A stretch of 64,000 nt of DNA from Halocafeteria seosinensis (GCA_001687465.1 LVLI01000080.1:62001-126000); one strand, 5' to 3'; positions 47,344-62,068 are shown, numbered from the stretch's first letter. Notes: generated from the sequence alone by a model not told the origin. A program made the numbers and translations.

Positions 47344-50300
47344 CTAAGCACTCTCCCCGAAAGACCATGGTGTTCGCCGACCGGCGACCACATCTTCGGC
47401 AGCTATATTCAAATCACGTGTTTCCCAATGGTTGGAACTCTGGGGGTTTATAACGCGCGTGATGGAATCGAGGCAGTGCAACAAACCGGCATGACCACCT
47501 AGTGGTGAATGCTGTTCTGCGTAGCCATATGCGAATCGGACTATCGCCTCGCAAAACTCCAGCAAGCTGAGGGCTTTATGTTCAACACTTCGTTCTTCAT
47601 CTTCTACAAGTTTCTTGGAATATAAAAAGCTCTGTTTGACCAATTTAATAACGGGAGGCACTTGTTCTACCACTCCTCCAAGGATGAGCAAGAAAGTCCA
47701 GAGGCGGATTCCAATTCCATTTGCCCCTTGTACCTCAGTGATGTCAGAAAGAAGGGCCCAGTAATCTTCCAGCAAAGGAAAATACTGTTTCATCGCACGA
47801 TCAATCTCCTCTCCTTGCAGTGTCACTTCTCGAAATACTTCAAAGTTAGGAACGCGTTCTTGCGTTGGCAAAATGTATTTTTGGAATATTTCTTGTAGTT
47901 GGGATGCCACAGAGCTTTCTTCATTTGGAATCTCGCTGCTCATACTCCGTCCCATACTGATTTGGATGATACTCTGAAGGAAAGTGCTTCGGCCCATGGG
48001 GCCAACTTCCGCAATTTCATCCGCATATGACACCTCCGGTGAAACTATGAGAGGTTGTGCAGGGTTGATAATTTTCAATGCTTTCGCTGCATGCTTCGCA
48101 GTGAAAGCTGTAAAGTCTACGAGTCCAATTGAATTCAGGTAGTTAACGAAATCTTTTGGGTGTATCGAAAATATGTCACAGTCTCGACCTGGTTTTATGC
48201 ATAGCCGAACGAATATCATTCTCAGCAGTTTAGAGTGCGATTCCAGTAGCGACTGTGACAAAGGAAGTAAGGCTTATACTGATCAGACTGAGATGAGGCG
48301 TGAATACCTGCAACATACCTGCACCTTTGCACGATCCTCCTTATCCTTGATCAGTGTTACGAGACGTGTATGCTGCAGATCTGCTCTTACATAGCCCTTG
48401 TACGATTCTAGATGGTCTTTCTCGTTCTTGATGAAGAGTCTGCGTTCTTTGTGCCACGCAATCTGCGTGGGAGTGAACGCTGGTGGCATACGCGGTCGGA
48501 GAGAGGTGTTATCGAAGCTGTTGGGAAGTTGCACGGCTGCTAAAGGACACGGCAGATATCTCAGTAAGGGCTGCCTTGTATATCGTCCATGCTTTGCTCC
48601 AGTGCTTTCTGTTTTCGTAGGTCGGTTAATATATTCTATCATCTCGCGATAAGACCAGTAGCTCCCCTTAGTCTGTACGAAATCGATTCGGGCGCTTTGT
48701 TTGATTTTATCCTGCAAGAAGGCAATCATTCTGCATACGCCTAAGCAGTTTTGAGACAACCTAACTTACGGACGAGAATACGTTAACGAAGTTTGTAGAG
48801 CAAGGAGGGAAATAAACCCTCCGTCCAGTTTGATCGATTGTGTTTGGTTGCTCGTCCAAAAGGTGGATTACGTCGTTCGTTAGAGAAACCCTGAATTTCA
48901 TGTTTCAGTTGCGTATACAACAGTATGCAGCACTTGCGTACACGCTTACCGAAGGACACCGTCAACCTCGAATATTCCAAATACGCCCCAAGGGGGAGCC
49001 ATCCGTCTTAATTTCCATAACTGACTCTTGGAGTCATACTCCATTTGCTCGGGCGTCCACTTGTCGAATGAAGCATAAACGAGTACATTCACTTTTGGAA
49101 CAGGACCGCTAATAGCAGGCTTGTAAGTTATTGTAATTGGGAGCCATTTGGTGCATATCCAACAGTTTGTTGGACAACTGGAAGTTGTTCGGATATTTAT
49201 CACTGACTCATCAGACACCTTAGGTTTGACAATCCTGTCTCCCCTGCTTCCATGTTTATGGACGTTGGTCTCCCCATCGAGGACGTCGATACGTTCTCTC
49301 AGGCGCCGTCTGTGTTCTGGAGTAATGGTACTTGAAAGACTGTTGAATACTTCTGTTTCTTCACTGTCTTTCAAGAGAAATCCTTTTGCGTTGACTGATA
49401 TGGGACAGCCAGTCGAATGGAAACCTAAAACAGTAGAGTTACTTTCGAATCCCTCACGGAAGTACTGCAAGTCGTCTTCTTTAATTCTGCAAAAAGATAA
49501 GTCGATATGTCGGAGGCTCTTGGTATGGTGAAATAAAAGACACAACTGTTTCATCACGGCAACGTGAGCGGGCAATTGCTTCTTTGTCTTAGCTGGCTTT
49601 GTTAGTGCTTTCTTGGCGTTCTTTCCTTTTTGAGGTTTTTGTGGGGTTAACACCCTAGCTGGTTCCGGTACGACGCCGGGAGCCGAAGTTCGACGGAAAG
49701 CATTATGACTCATATCGAGTACCTCAATTGGAGAATTCCTTAGACCATATAGCAAAGCTGCTATTCCCGTAGCTGACATTTTGTTCCAAGATACATCAAG
49801 TTCTTCCAAAAAACCCATCCCTCGAGTGGTATCCACAGCACCAGCCGCTGCAGTACCTCCGCTTTGTATCCCGAAACTGTATGGAGCTGGTATTCTGCTC
49901 ATATCCGGAGCAAACGTGTCAGTGCTATCATTCGATGCTTTGCTTTGCTCTTTTGTCCCTTCGCAGTGGTAGTTCGATTGCTCCAGGAAGAGATCCATTA
50001 CCTTATCGCCGGCTACTACCCGTGCCAGCTCAACTGCTTCGGTATCTTGCAGATCATTGTCTCTGAGTATGAGCTGTCGGCACCTACTGGACGACCTTAC
50101 ACTGCGTATGATAGAAATAAACCCGCCACCGGACAACTTACACGCCTCAAAATTCATGTATCTCAACGCTGGAGACAACCTTAAGAGTTTGCTGATTTGA
50201 AGGGTGCATTTCCAGTTGCGGCCAAACGGATTGTGAGATAGATCCAAAGTTTCCAAGCGAGGTAAGCATACGTTGTTTAGCATTGACGCTATGCCAGTTC

Positions 50301-51473
50301 CCATGCTCCTGTTATTTCGTAATGAAAGCGTGACCAAGTAGTCCATCCTCAGGAGCACCGTATTCAGCGCGGACAGTTTTCGATCACCTAATCCCCGATT
50401 GCTGGTGGACGCAGACGCAGGTGAACGAGATAGTCCAGGACACGTCCTAAACTTTAGCTTACCTTAGATCCCATACATTACTAGACGACCTCAACAATTG
50501 CATGTTGGAGACTTCTGGTATTAACCGTTGTAATGAAAGACACTGCTCTATGAATGCCAGCCTTGAGGACTTGCTATCGCTTTCTGATAAGCATTTCTGT
50601 GGGGTTCCAAGGCGGTACATTTCGTTGAAGTGCTTCCGCTTCTCTCCTTCTTCGTCCTCATAATCCTCGACGTTTCGTGGTGTCTCTATTGGAACAAGTT
50701 CTGGCACACAACAAAGGGTCATTGATATCAAATGCATAGTTACACAGGCTGGTACCACTCACCCCGAGTACTCTTCGTTAGCGCCCATTGAAGTGTTCCA
50801 GATGGCACGTTTGAGACTTCACTTGAAAATGTCATAGTTGGATCTGATTTAAAAGTAGCTGCAGGCAGTTCCGCTGCCATTCTTGCAAAGCTTTCCGAAG
50901 ATCTTGCTGATGCAGGCTCTTCTTTGGGATCGTCTTGTGTAGGAACTGGGACAGAATTCGTCGCTACCTGGGATTCGAGCTGCTGTAATTGTGGTGATTC
51001 ATGCTCTGTACCATTCCTTGGCATTGCGTCGAGACGTATTTTGCCAGTTTCGTTAGCTTCCAATGCCACTCTCCCATTTCCAGAAAAAGACGCGCCAGGC
51101 GATCCATCGGGGGTGCGCATACTATAGCGACTTCGCGAGTGTGTAGGGCTGTACAGAGACTTGGAAGATTTGAAAGAAGCAGCAGTCGTTGGGCGACGTC
51201 CAGCTGTAGCTTTGGCAGTGTGACTGCAACTCTCCAATTTCAAGGATTTTGACAACAACTCTAATAATGGGCCTTTGTAAATCGAACTTACGCTCTACCG
51301 TTCGGTCGGGACGCAGGACGCAACTTCTGCAGTGGCTTGAGTAGCCCAAATTGCTTCGTCGATATCGATTGACGTTCAACAAAACGGAGAAACTTGTGAA
51401 TAGATTCCTCCCGCTTTGCTTCTTCTCGGGCTTGCTTGTCCAGCTCATATTCGTGGAGAGACCCTTGAGACAT
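47344..51473 (-). CDS. RNI-like leucine-rich repeat protein with an Ig/CBM48-like domain and an EF-hand-like C-terminus
   Basis: LETLDLSHN, LEELDVSWN and LRHIDLSFC repeats; NCWIC..W...SFDKW...LRRMAPP module; LSLLEFCEAIVRFA; six canonical introns link the ORFs. Confidence 0.8.
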
Positions 51474-51797
51474 GGCGGGCGTTAACGAGGGTTATGCTTC
51501 TAATGTAACACCAGTTTGGGTGAATGTAGTTTCACATTGCTATGTGTAGAGAAAGAAAGCAAAGGAGAAAGCGACTTATACCATCACTGTGGTTTATCAT
51601 TAAAGAAGCTCCCGGCGTGGTATAAACGTTTATGGCAGCATTTGTGGTACGTTGCCCTGCCATTTGGGCTGCTCCGAGACAGCAATCAAACCTGCCATTT
51701 CCAAACTTCAACTATACCTGAGCACACTCAATGAATGGCTTTATGATGTTGTTCTAACAGGAGCTCTGATCTACTTTTCACGCCAGTCAGTACTAAG

Positions 51798-52785
51798 ATG
51801 TCATCTATGTCATCAGCCTCAGGCGCCGCTGCTTCCTCCAAGAGCGATAATGAAACGAAATTGTACAAGGAGAAAGTGCGCGGTGGCAAATTGAAACTGA
51901 AGGGTGCTGAGGTATCTACCAAGAAAAAGAAGAGCAAGCCAAAGTATGTCATCCACAATTAGTTTCCGGCTCATTTTCCTTCTTTAAGAACTTGTCAGGG
52001 ACCTTATTGCTTGGGCTGTGTATTTGTGCAGGAAGCGAAGTCGTGAAGAGAGCGACGGCGAACACAAGTCCTCGAAGAAGCAGGAACCAGGAGAGACGCC
52101 TGCTGAGCGAGCCGCCGGCACTGGTCGTATCATTAGCTCAGGTATGTTGTGTAGAAGATAAACTAATATGACTGTATCGTAATTTTGATTTTACTTTGAC
52201 GCAACAGGAGATACGATTCACGGTCAAGAGACGAAATTCTTGAAGGATCTTCAAGTAGGCGATGCTATAGAAATATTCCACCCTACTTCTCTGAAAGACG
52301 AGACTAGAGTTGTTCGCATGATTCTCAGTGATGTCAGTTTAGCCATAAAGTAGGTACTAAATGTTTTCAAGTGGTTGTGCGCGCGGATGTCACACTGGTT
52401 CGTCGTTCCTGGCAAAGCAGTGCTCCCTTCTCTTCAGATCTGATTTCAAGCACACATTTTTATTGCCTACGACTTCCTCGCAAGAAGCGTGATCCCGAAG
52501 AAGAAAAAGTGAGTGTCTACATATTCCATCAAGCTTCCTCAAGATGCGCTAGTTATCGGTTTTTTCACGTTGCAGCGCGAACAAGAACAAGAGGAGCGTA
52601 AAGAGGAGGAACGAGCATTCGGTACTTACGCTAGCGCAGGAGGAAATGTTTTGACGTACAGGGTAAAGAAACAGAGCCCTTATGGCGGGTACAAAATCGT
52701 GTCAAAGAAAGCGGACGAAAAGATGACACGAGAAAAACTTCTCGATGAACGCTGTAAGCATAAGAGCGATAGGATGTGCATGTGA
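51798..52785 (+). CDS. Conserved hypothetical nuclear protein with FRG1/FAM32-like terminal motifs
   Basis: Five exons. N-terminal VRGGKLKLKG...KKKK; central GTGRIISSGDTIHGQETKFLKDLQVGDAI; C-terminal REKLLDERCKHKSDRMCM. Confidence 0.75.
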
Positions 52786-52815
52786 AATAGGGTGTGTCCA
52801 TTGACAATTTGAATG

Positions 52816-55800
52816 CTATTCGCTGGTGTATCCCTCGTAAACCGTTTTCATTTGGGCAATGCTTCCCCACTCGGAAGCCATTCCCAAACAATCATGAGGG
52901 AATAGTGGTGAGTCTGAGGGTAGAGATGTGGCTTCTAAAGATAGTCCAGGAGAGTAGAAGTCGCTGTTTTCAGCTTGAGGAGTAGCTTGCAACACGGAAG
53001 TTGCCGTATCAATCTTAAATTCTTTCCGAAAGTCCATGGCCTCCCTTTGCGAGCCGGTTTGCTGACCGAAGAAATCAAAACTAGCCGGGGAAATGAAGGA
53101 ATACTCTTCACTGCTCTTATCTCCGTATCCATCCCATGCCGAAGGGAGAGTTTCGGTGATTATGCTAGCGTCAGCGTACAGGAAATCGCCCATCTGTCGC
53201 TTGTAATGTACCCGTTCAGACGACAAGCTACCACCACTGTTCTCTGACATTTTGTCCTGGTATTGTCGTTTAAATGCGTCCTGCTTTGCCCTCATCACAT
53301 TCTTCTTCGCTCTTTCAATCATCGTCGAAGGTGTCTCTAAACGAGTTTCCGCGGCTGTTGCTTTACTGTGGGTGGTTTTCATCACGGCCTTGATCCCATT
53401 TTCCTTTGGATAAGGAGTTTTCTTTTGTTTACTATGAGGAGAGACGTCGTTTTCTACAGGCATGATGCTGTGTTTCACCACGTCCGACTCCCGTGAAAGA
53501 CAACACTTGGGTTCAGGTGTTAGCATAATGTCACAGCTTGCGGTGCGCAGCAATGTTAGAATATGTTGTTTTGACATAGTAGAGTTCTCCCGATGTATTT
53601 GCCGGACAACACTTTCAGAGAGGAACAAATGTTCCGGCGATGGCTTGCTTACTGTCTCTGTTGCTCTTAATGTTCTAGTTCCATATAGAGCTCCAAGTTG
53701 CACAATCTTAGGAACCGTCTTCTGAAAGGCTTGAAAAGTTCCGTAGATGTTGACGTACCGGTAGACTGAGACAATGCAAGGAAGCACTATTGCCATCAAT
53801 ATAACACGGAACCAGTACCAGAACCTTTGGGATTGAAGCTCAGCGCAGTATCGAACGGTCCTACTGCTGGCACGAACATCTAATTGTTTTCTTACCTTCT
53901 CTCCATTTAGAAAGTCGAAGGAGAGTTCAAGCATCGGGGGAATGAGACATCCTTCACTCAAATCAAGTAGTATAAATTGGCTCTTCTTCCGTCTCATTTG
54001 TTTCAGAAGGTAATCAAAACATCCAGTGAGAGCTTTTGTAGTAAATGCGTTGGACATACGAAGGAGGGTTTCGCCCTCCGCGGCATCCCCTTTGTTTAGA
54101 CTTATCCCTACCAGTGGCTGGGATGGTTCGATGTTGAGGGCTATAACGCCAACTATAGACCCACACTCAGCGTATACACTAGACTCCCAAATTGTTTCGT
54201 TTGACAGAGCAAATTCCGTGGGTGCGTCACTCGAATCATAATTAGCATCCATGCGCACATCACCATCCACAAGTTGTCCTGCTGCCATGCTTACAGTGGC
54301 GTTGCGGACCGCCACAGTCGTTCTCAGAACTGAAGTACCACTAATCGGACTCCAGATCCGTATCCATATGTCTCCTGGGGATCCTCCTGAAAGAGCAACC
54401 GTTCCAGCAAGTACCATACAATTTTCGTACTGATTGAGAAGCATAGACGGAGGAAAAGCTTCCGTGCACTGAGAAAAGTTCAGAAACTGATGATCGATTT
54501 CCTGTGGAACGAACACTAACAAGTCTTCGACCAAGTAATCTTGTTCCGTGTAACGTGTAGTAGCAACATCTATCCAGTGTTCGTGTTGCGTTGGCAAGGC
54601 AGTCTGTACCATGTTCACTATCATTGGGAGCCGAAATGAACTGGGATTTCTGATTTTGACGAAAAGGGAGTACATCCCTGGAGGGTGCACAGAAATCGAT
54701 TCGACTGGTTTCAGTTCACTTCTCCCCTCAATTAACGGCACCACTCTCAAAGGCAACTGTAACTTGATTGAGCTGGTATACCCTTCGAGTTGGTGAACAA
54801 CGAAGTCATACTCAAATATTGATACCTCCTGATATTCTGGATCTAGGCCTCGCCAGAATCGTGAAGCACAATTTATAACTGGTTCATGATCCTCAGTGCT
54901 CTCGGTGGAGGAACATCCAACAGCGTCCTGAAGATCAATATTCATTAACTCAGTCAGTTCCGTTGGATTTAGCAACATTTCCTCATTTTGAAGGGTGTTT
55001 GAGCCTGCTGTGATTTTATTCACTTTTACTCGTTTGTTTATGGCACTTCTACCCAATAACTTTACATAACACTTTTCTTGAGGAGATACCACTGATGATG
55101 TGAAAGCGGGATTCTTGCTGTTGACGTGATGGCCTGGTATCATGAAGGTTTGATTTGCTTCAGTGATGGGAATAACCTCGAAGGTCTGCGAGTTGTTATC
55201 CAGCGATCTGTGGAAACATCTCATATCAGCAAACGTAAGTAAAACGGGCTGCTTGATCAAATTCCATTTAGCGTCGAATTGCAGTCTCCCCTGGGACGTA
55301 ACTAGCGAAAACAGGTTGTGAATAACTACTTCTTTCGCATCTTGCTCGGTTGTCGAAAAATGTGCGAGAGGGAGACGTCCCTCCTGTAGGTTGACTCGTA
55401 CGATAAATGTAACCTCAGCAAGTTCCTCAATCACGAGTTGGGCAGGCTCATCCAGGTAATAATCAATTCCATCTATCTGTAAAGAAACTGTCACACAACT
55501 CCTCAAATCCCATAGCGTGGATATGCTGTAAACTACCATACTCAGGGGCGCTTTGTTCCTAAGACTGAACTCCATGACTACCAATCCAGTGGAGGATATC
55601 AAGGTTCCCGCTTGTAAGCAGAACTGTTTTGCTACTGGAAGCAGTTGGTCTGATACTGACAGATAGGGTACATGCAAACTAGATACTCGACGTAAACTGG
55701 CTGCATCTGCATGATGAAAGTATGAAGGCAGAGGCAAGACGGTTGCGGAAGCATTCTCTTTCATCAAACCGTGCACTACTTTGAGAGCATTCGCACACTC

Positions 55801-58744
55801 AAGAGTTCCGGAGCTGGCAAGTAGTGGGAGATGAAACCTTGTCAAGTTTGTATGTAGCAGCAAGGTTGAGTTTATGCTCTTATCCTCAGGGAGACTCTCG
55901 GGAGTCCATTCAGAGGCATCAACCACCGTCTCTGTGCTACTCTTTGCTCTTACATGGAGCAAAGCTTTGACATTGTCAATTAGGCGAGAAACCGAGTCTT
56001 GCACGCTCTCATTCAAGCTAGCCGATGGTTTGTCCGGAGAGTCTATAAGCGTCTTTGCGGAGCAAAGCAACTTGGAAATAACTTGCTTGTCCGTATAAAT
56101 AGCAGGACTTGGTTCGCACGAAGATGTTTGAGCCTCTCCAAGGGATTCTAGGAGAGATTCTAGATGGTCAACTGGCAAATATTCTGTAACTCTTTCCCCA
56201 CATGCTTCTAACCGGTGGGTCCAAAAAGCGCTGACAGTGGATGAAACTTGGCCCCGAGCTGCAAGCAGTTGTAGGAGCGTTAAAAAGTCCACCCCATCAA
56301 GATTCTCTACCTCAGGGTGCCGCAATTCCAGTGCAAAATCAATTACTGTTGAAATAGCTTGGGTTAACACGTTCAATGCGCGACAGCTAGTGTCACGATC
56401 TGTAGATGACTTTTGCAGGAGTGCTGCCCCGATGTGCTCCAGGGAAGTGGACAGGTTGTTGAGAGGTTCTTCAGTTGTGAACAGTCCGACCACTAGGTTG
56501 GAATTATCCATACCGTAGTGAATAGTAGAGTGCAAAGGGGACTTCAAAATGCAAAAGCGGGGATCCTGTAGTGTTGTGTTTGTGATAAGGACGGGCACCG
56601 AGAACAAGTTGCGTAAGGGAATCACATGTTTTTGGACGTTAAAAGCCAACATGGGGACCCATTCCCGAGCCCAACGAATGAATCGCATCAAGCCGCTGCT
56701 GCCATGAACAAATTCTGTGACAGAAATTTTCGACACCTCGTCGTCCATCTTGTCCAGTTGCCAAGTAGTGCTTATCGTGGAGTACGCCAGTGCCCCTTTG
56801 TAGAATAATGCAGAGTATGGAATTTTGAACTGCGCAAACACGGGATTACTATCGTTACTTTTAAAATTTTGTGTTCCATACAACTCAGCCTCTCCACTAT
56901 TGTACCACCTTAGTTCTTCATCTGAAACAACTCTTCTGTCTTTATCCAATTGAAGAGGAAGCTCCAGACTTGCTCGGATAGCGTCCACTTTCTGGGTCGT
57001 TGGCGGTACAAGGGATTCAATCACTTCAAACTTGGCATGTGTCCTTGATTCATTTGCTATTCGAGTCTCGATAGACAACATGTCGGTTCCAAAGTTCGCT
57101 AAGGATACAAGCTGGTGTTGGTCAGGATCTTCAGCTACGGCTAGTGCATCAGGGAAGGACTGATGAAGGCGGTTAAACGACGAAGCCAGATGTGGAATCT
57201 CTAGCAGCTGGGATATCCCTAGAGCAGTTGACGCGGGCACAAAGATTCTGGCTTGGTAGGCACTTTGAGGCATTCGCGCTAATTTACTGGAAAGATGCTC
57301 TAGTAGGCGCTTTCGATCCACTTGTGGGCTTCCGACGGCATCAGCCCACGCTTGCAAGAAAGCGGAAGCGTCGAGTCGCCCCGAGTCTTCTGGATGCCTA
57401 TTGAGTAGGCTGACGAAGGGCCCATATGCGTTATTCCACACAGAGAAAGGGTTCTTTGCGATGTACTTTCCGAAGTGAATGGTTGGTGGGTGAACGTGGA
57501 GTCCTCCTCTCACCACGGTAACTGAAACAGGCACGACAAGGTCATCTTTGCTAGTCTGCAAATGGACATACCCAAGATATCTTCCCGTAGTATTTGATTC
57601 GAATTCGATATTTAGGATTGTATGTCCTGTTGAAGGCTTGATAACCCAGGCATCACCAGACACTGTAAGTTTTTGATGATGGACTGAGCTCGGAGAGCGA
57701 CCATCCGGAGAGGGCAACCGTAGTTTCAGGAAACTCTCCGTGGAGAACACTTCCTTCACATTCATGGATGCCGAATGAGGGTTGAAGAAATATAAACCAG
57801 ACGAGAACTTTCTGCCCACAGGCACGAATGAGTTCAATATGGGTTTCACTTGGTACTTGTTTGGGATACCTTCCCCTCTAATCTGCAGCTCAAAAAAAAG
57901 GATATTACAATGCAGAGTGCAGAAAGGGTTGAGATGGATGAATTTGCCTTACAGTGTACTGCAGTATTCCTACTGAAGTTTTTATGGCTAGTTGGCCCGT
58001 GATCGTCGAAATGGTTCGGGGAAGGAGTATCACTTGAACAGTTATCGTCGAAGATATCCGGAGGATGGTGTGCTTTATCACGGGTGTGTGGATCTGCTCG
58101 TTATCACTTACTACCTCTATCACCTCAACAGAGGAGAGAACGGATGATCTCGTATCTGTAAGATAGGTGAAACGGTGATAATTCCTCTATATCGATTGAG
58201 CGGGCATCTTACCTAGGTTGAGTCTATCGGCCAAAGAAATGTTGACTTCCCGTACAGTGGCCGTGCATAGAGGCTGTTTTCCGAAATCAAGGGATGGCGG
58301 CTCAATGATAATACCGGCGTCTGCGCCTTCTATGCGTTCTAATATAGGCCTTTGAGTAGTAGTGTCGCTCGAGGTGATGACACTAGCAGTCTTGGCAAAC
58401 ACTGCATCTCTCTGATCCAGTTTATGAAGCGTTGGTTTCAAAAGGGTAGTGGACCTTCTGTATCTACGTGCTTCTTGATGGGCCTTCGGAAGAACCTGAG
58501 GAGGGGGTGGAGCACTGCTTACTCGATCTGATGTCGCAAATACGGGTTCTTCAGTGTTGTGCTCCTTGCTACTTCTGTGGCTAGTCCACTGAATGTTCAC
58601 TGGATCCTTCGAGGGTTGATCTACAAGCTGCGGTCGGGTCGGTAGAATTGTAGCGGCGGATACTAGGAGGAATATGCATGCTGAGAGCATCAGTCCTTGT
58701 TTTGGTTTCATGAATCCCCTCACATTCTTTGCAAATTGGCTCAT
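52816..58744 (-). CDS. TMEM131-like protein (ASH/PapD-like Ig domains, late TM segment)
   Basis: IEPPSLDFGKQPLC, FFNPHS...VKEVFSTESFL and YLGYVHLQT..DDLVVPV resemble the TMEM131 N-terminal region; hydrophobic N-terminus; TM near residue 1350 of the large exon; two introns. Confidence 0.75.
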
Positions 58745-59012
58745 TTTGCAGCTCCGTTAGACGTCTCAGAAGCCCACTCAATAGCGTTTCATACGTTCTC
58801 TAGACTCTGTATTGTCCTAAAAGTCCAATGGACTTATCTGGCTCGTTTCATTAGAAGTTAGTTCCTCTTTACACGTTCAAGAGATGTGAAAACGATGTGT
58901 ACACGGCAGAGAGTGCAACTTCCTACGACGTACTCATGTCGTTTCCCAGGAGACTGAAAGCATGATCTTTACTAAATGATTGAGGTACGAGGTCGTTTGT
59001 GCTGATAATATG

Positions 59013-59034
59013 CACACACACACACACGCACACA
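59013..59034. repeat. (CA)n microsatellite
   Basis: CACACACA tract read directly; a similar tract occurs near 43967-43981. Confidence 0.85.
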
Positions 59035-59275
59035 AAAAAAAAAGAATCCGGGGAATTCCACTTGTTGTCTCTTGGAAAACCAAAAACGGGACACACGCAG
59101 ACTCCCCTTCAACATGTCAATCTTAACTTGGACCTAACCGTTAACTCCTGTCTGAAGCAGATTTCGGTGTCTCGATGGGGTTAGACGAGGCATACGACAA
59201 TAGATATAAGAGTGCGATTATTCCATAAGGTGTAAGTGTTGCTCTTGTTGTTGGAGAAGGGGTAAAAGGGAGGAA

Positions 59276-62068
59276 ATGGCAGATCGTGAAGGTAAGAAAG
59301 GTGCTCGTTGTGCACTTTCACAGCACATTTGACGCTGTGCATGTTTTCGATGCTGCAGAAGAAGGGGCGACCGAGTCGCAGCAACAATCTGCCTCTGCCC
59401 ATGAAGGAGAGCATCAGCATACCGCTGATGATCATGGCGCACACGGGGAAGAAGAAGGTTCTCAAGGACCTGATGACGACATTACAGGAGTGGACGACAA
59501 CCACGAGAGGGAAGTGGAAGGAGAAGAGCGTACAGGAGAAGATAGACAGGAACAAACAACAGGAGGTCAGGGGAAGGAGCACGGAGAGGAGGATGACAGC
59601 GGTAGTGGTGAAGAGGGGAAAGAGGGAGAAAAATACCATGTACCGCGGCATGGGGAGCAGCGAATTGCAGACAGTTTATCAGCTCTGGATAACCGAAAGT
59701 CCAAAGGAATAGAACATACTACAGCAGTTCGAGTCAATGCCGATGAAGAAGAGAATAAGCGAAGAATTCAGGAGGAAGAAAGACGGCAGGACCGTATATG
59801 GAGGTTACAAGAAGAAGCTGTTGGAAGCGGAAAAGCAAACGCTGCTGTTGAAATGCGCTGGAATGACTTGAAGGAATACAATATGCCTCAAGAGCTCAAC
59901 GAGGAATTGGAGTCCCAGAAAGAAGCTTGTGCCAGGATTATTTCCAGTAAAGATCAGCTTATCCAGGAATTTAAAGTGAGTACTATATCGTTACGTTTTT
60001 TCTGATGAAACACCCGACTAATGTGACAGCGCCCGTTTTTGCCTTCAGGCTGAACTGAAGTCCAAAGATGAAGAATACGTGAAGGCTATTAAAAATCATA
60101 CAAGCAATATTGATGAACTCATTGAAAGGATGCGTGCACAATACAATGATTTACGGGATGCTTATGAAAACGAACTGGACCAGGTTAGCTTTGTTCCCGG
60201 CAGAGCATGTTGACTATAGTTCTCAAACAGTGTACTTCTGCTCTAATCGCAGGTAGAGGACGCTTTTAAGCGAGAACACTCAGAGCTTCTAGAGGCTCAG
60301 CGAAAAGAGATTGATGCTCTAATGGAAGAACGACGGCAAATGGAGACACGGCTCGTTGAAGAGCGAATGGAACGTGAGAGGAAGTACCAAGAAGAAGTGA
60401 GTACTCTCCCTCAATTAGACGGCAGAGTGACATGCATACTTGACCCGTAGTACTTGTGTTACAGCTAGATGATATGCAAAGTAGAGACGCGGAAGACTAC
60501 AATAAGCTAAAGATCAAGCTGGAAACCGATGTCCAAGTGCTGGAACAGCAACTGGAGTTAATGCGGTCTACGTATCTTTTGAACACGGAAAAGCTCGAAT
60601 ACAACTACAGAGTTCTTACAGAGAAGTAAGCTTTTGTCACGCTTTGAAGCTTGCATGTAACATCACATAGATCACATCTGCTGCTTCCCTCAGGGATAAT
60701 GAGAACGAAATAGCGGAAAATCAGCAGAAGGCAAAACTAAAACGACTTGACGCGGCTCTGACGAAAATCATGAACGAATACAGAACTGCTGATAAGAAGT
60801 TTCGACAACGTAACAATCAACTCACCCGAGAGTATGAGCGAATTACTGCCCAGTACCGGGACTTACAGTATAAGTTTTCTCACTTTGAGGCCGCTGATGC
60901 CGTCAAGTTTAAGGAAGTATGGGACATGCATGAAAAAGATGCCTCCGTTCTAGTTGACCGTCTACTGGCAGCCGACAGGGTTATTCACGAACAAATACTA
61001 GGGTGGGAATGGACACCACCGGAGAATCCCTTGCAGCAGAAGCCCGCGACGGATCCCTCGCGCGGGGCGAGCGAGCACCTGGAAAGTAGACGCGAGCAAT
61101 CAGTAGGGGGGACTGAGACTGAAACAGCAGCAGACGCAGAGCATGTACTTTACGGATGTGATCAAGAAACCCTGGAAAAAGCGCAAGAACTGGGGATAAA
61201 CACTGCTGCTATAGTTCTCATGATGCCGTTGTTTGCGTCGAGTGTAGAAGAGGAGAACATAAGCAGATTAGGCAGCCGATATACCCCACACAAGCTTGCC
61301 CGAATCCGTGTTGTCGTGGGGAAAATCCTTGATGAATGCTCTTTCGTTTTAGACTCGAAGGCGCTGGAACGAGTGGAGGAGTGTCAAGATGAGAACTACA
61401 AGAATGTAGTCCGTGCTGACGCTCTACTAAAGTCGATAAACGTTACCACGGAGGCTGAGATGAATCAACTAGTGGACTACTTTTTCCCCAGCGAACAAGA
61501 CGAAGAGCACGGCGAATCCAGAGAGAATCGCGAAGATTCCAAGAATCTAGCTGAGATGTCTGCTGCCGATGCTGAAGCGTCTCTGGAATCGCAAGCGCAT
61601 CAAGAGTGCGAAGTGTCACCAGGGAAGGTAGTAGAGTGCTTGACTAAGTTTGCTCATGACCGTGATGTTGCACGAAGAGAAGCGGCTGCCTCGAAAGATC
61701 CATTTGGAACTACAGCTGGTGGGGGTGATGACGATTTGTTGCAGAAGTTGAAGGGCCCCTCGCAAGACGAGAAGAGTGGCACCGGCCAAGACGTTGAAAA
61801 GCGGGTACAGAGGGAAGAGATCGAGCATTGGAACAAGGTGGCTAATACCATACCGCCGAGGACGATTAGGGTATGGAAGGCGCTAGAAAAATCGCTCACC
61901 AAGTATAACAACTTACTGCGGACTCGCTCTAAGACAATGCAAGAAGTTGATAGTCTTCGTCAGGAGAATACTGAGTTGAGGGAATTGTTGCAGCAGTATA
62001 TGAGCTCTAAAGTAAACGAAGAATTGCAAGTTCCTCCTGGCCAAACAATGAAGCTGGGGCGAAAATAA
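59276..62068 (+). CDS. DRC1: Dynein regulatory complex subunit 1 (CCDC164)
   Basis: PQELNEELESQKEACARIISSKDQLI, ELKSKDEEYVK, KIKLETDVQVLEQQL...TYLLNTEKLEYNYRVL and QENTELRELLQQYMSSKVNEELQVPP; five introns. Confidence 0.93.
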
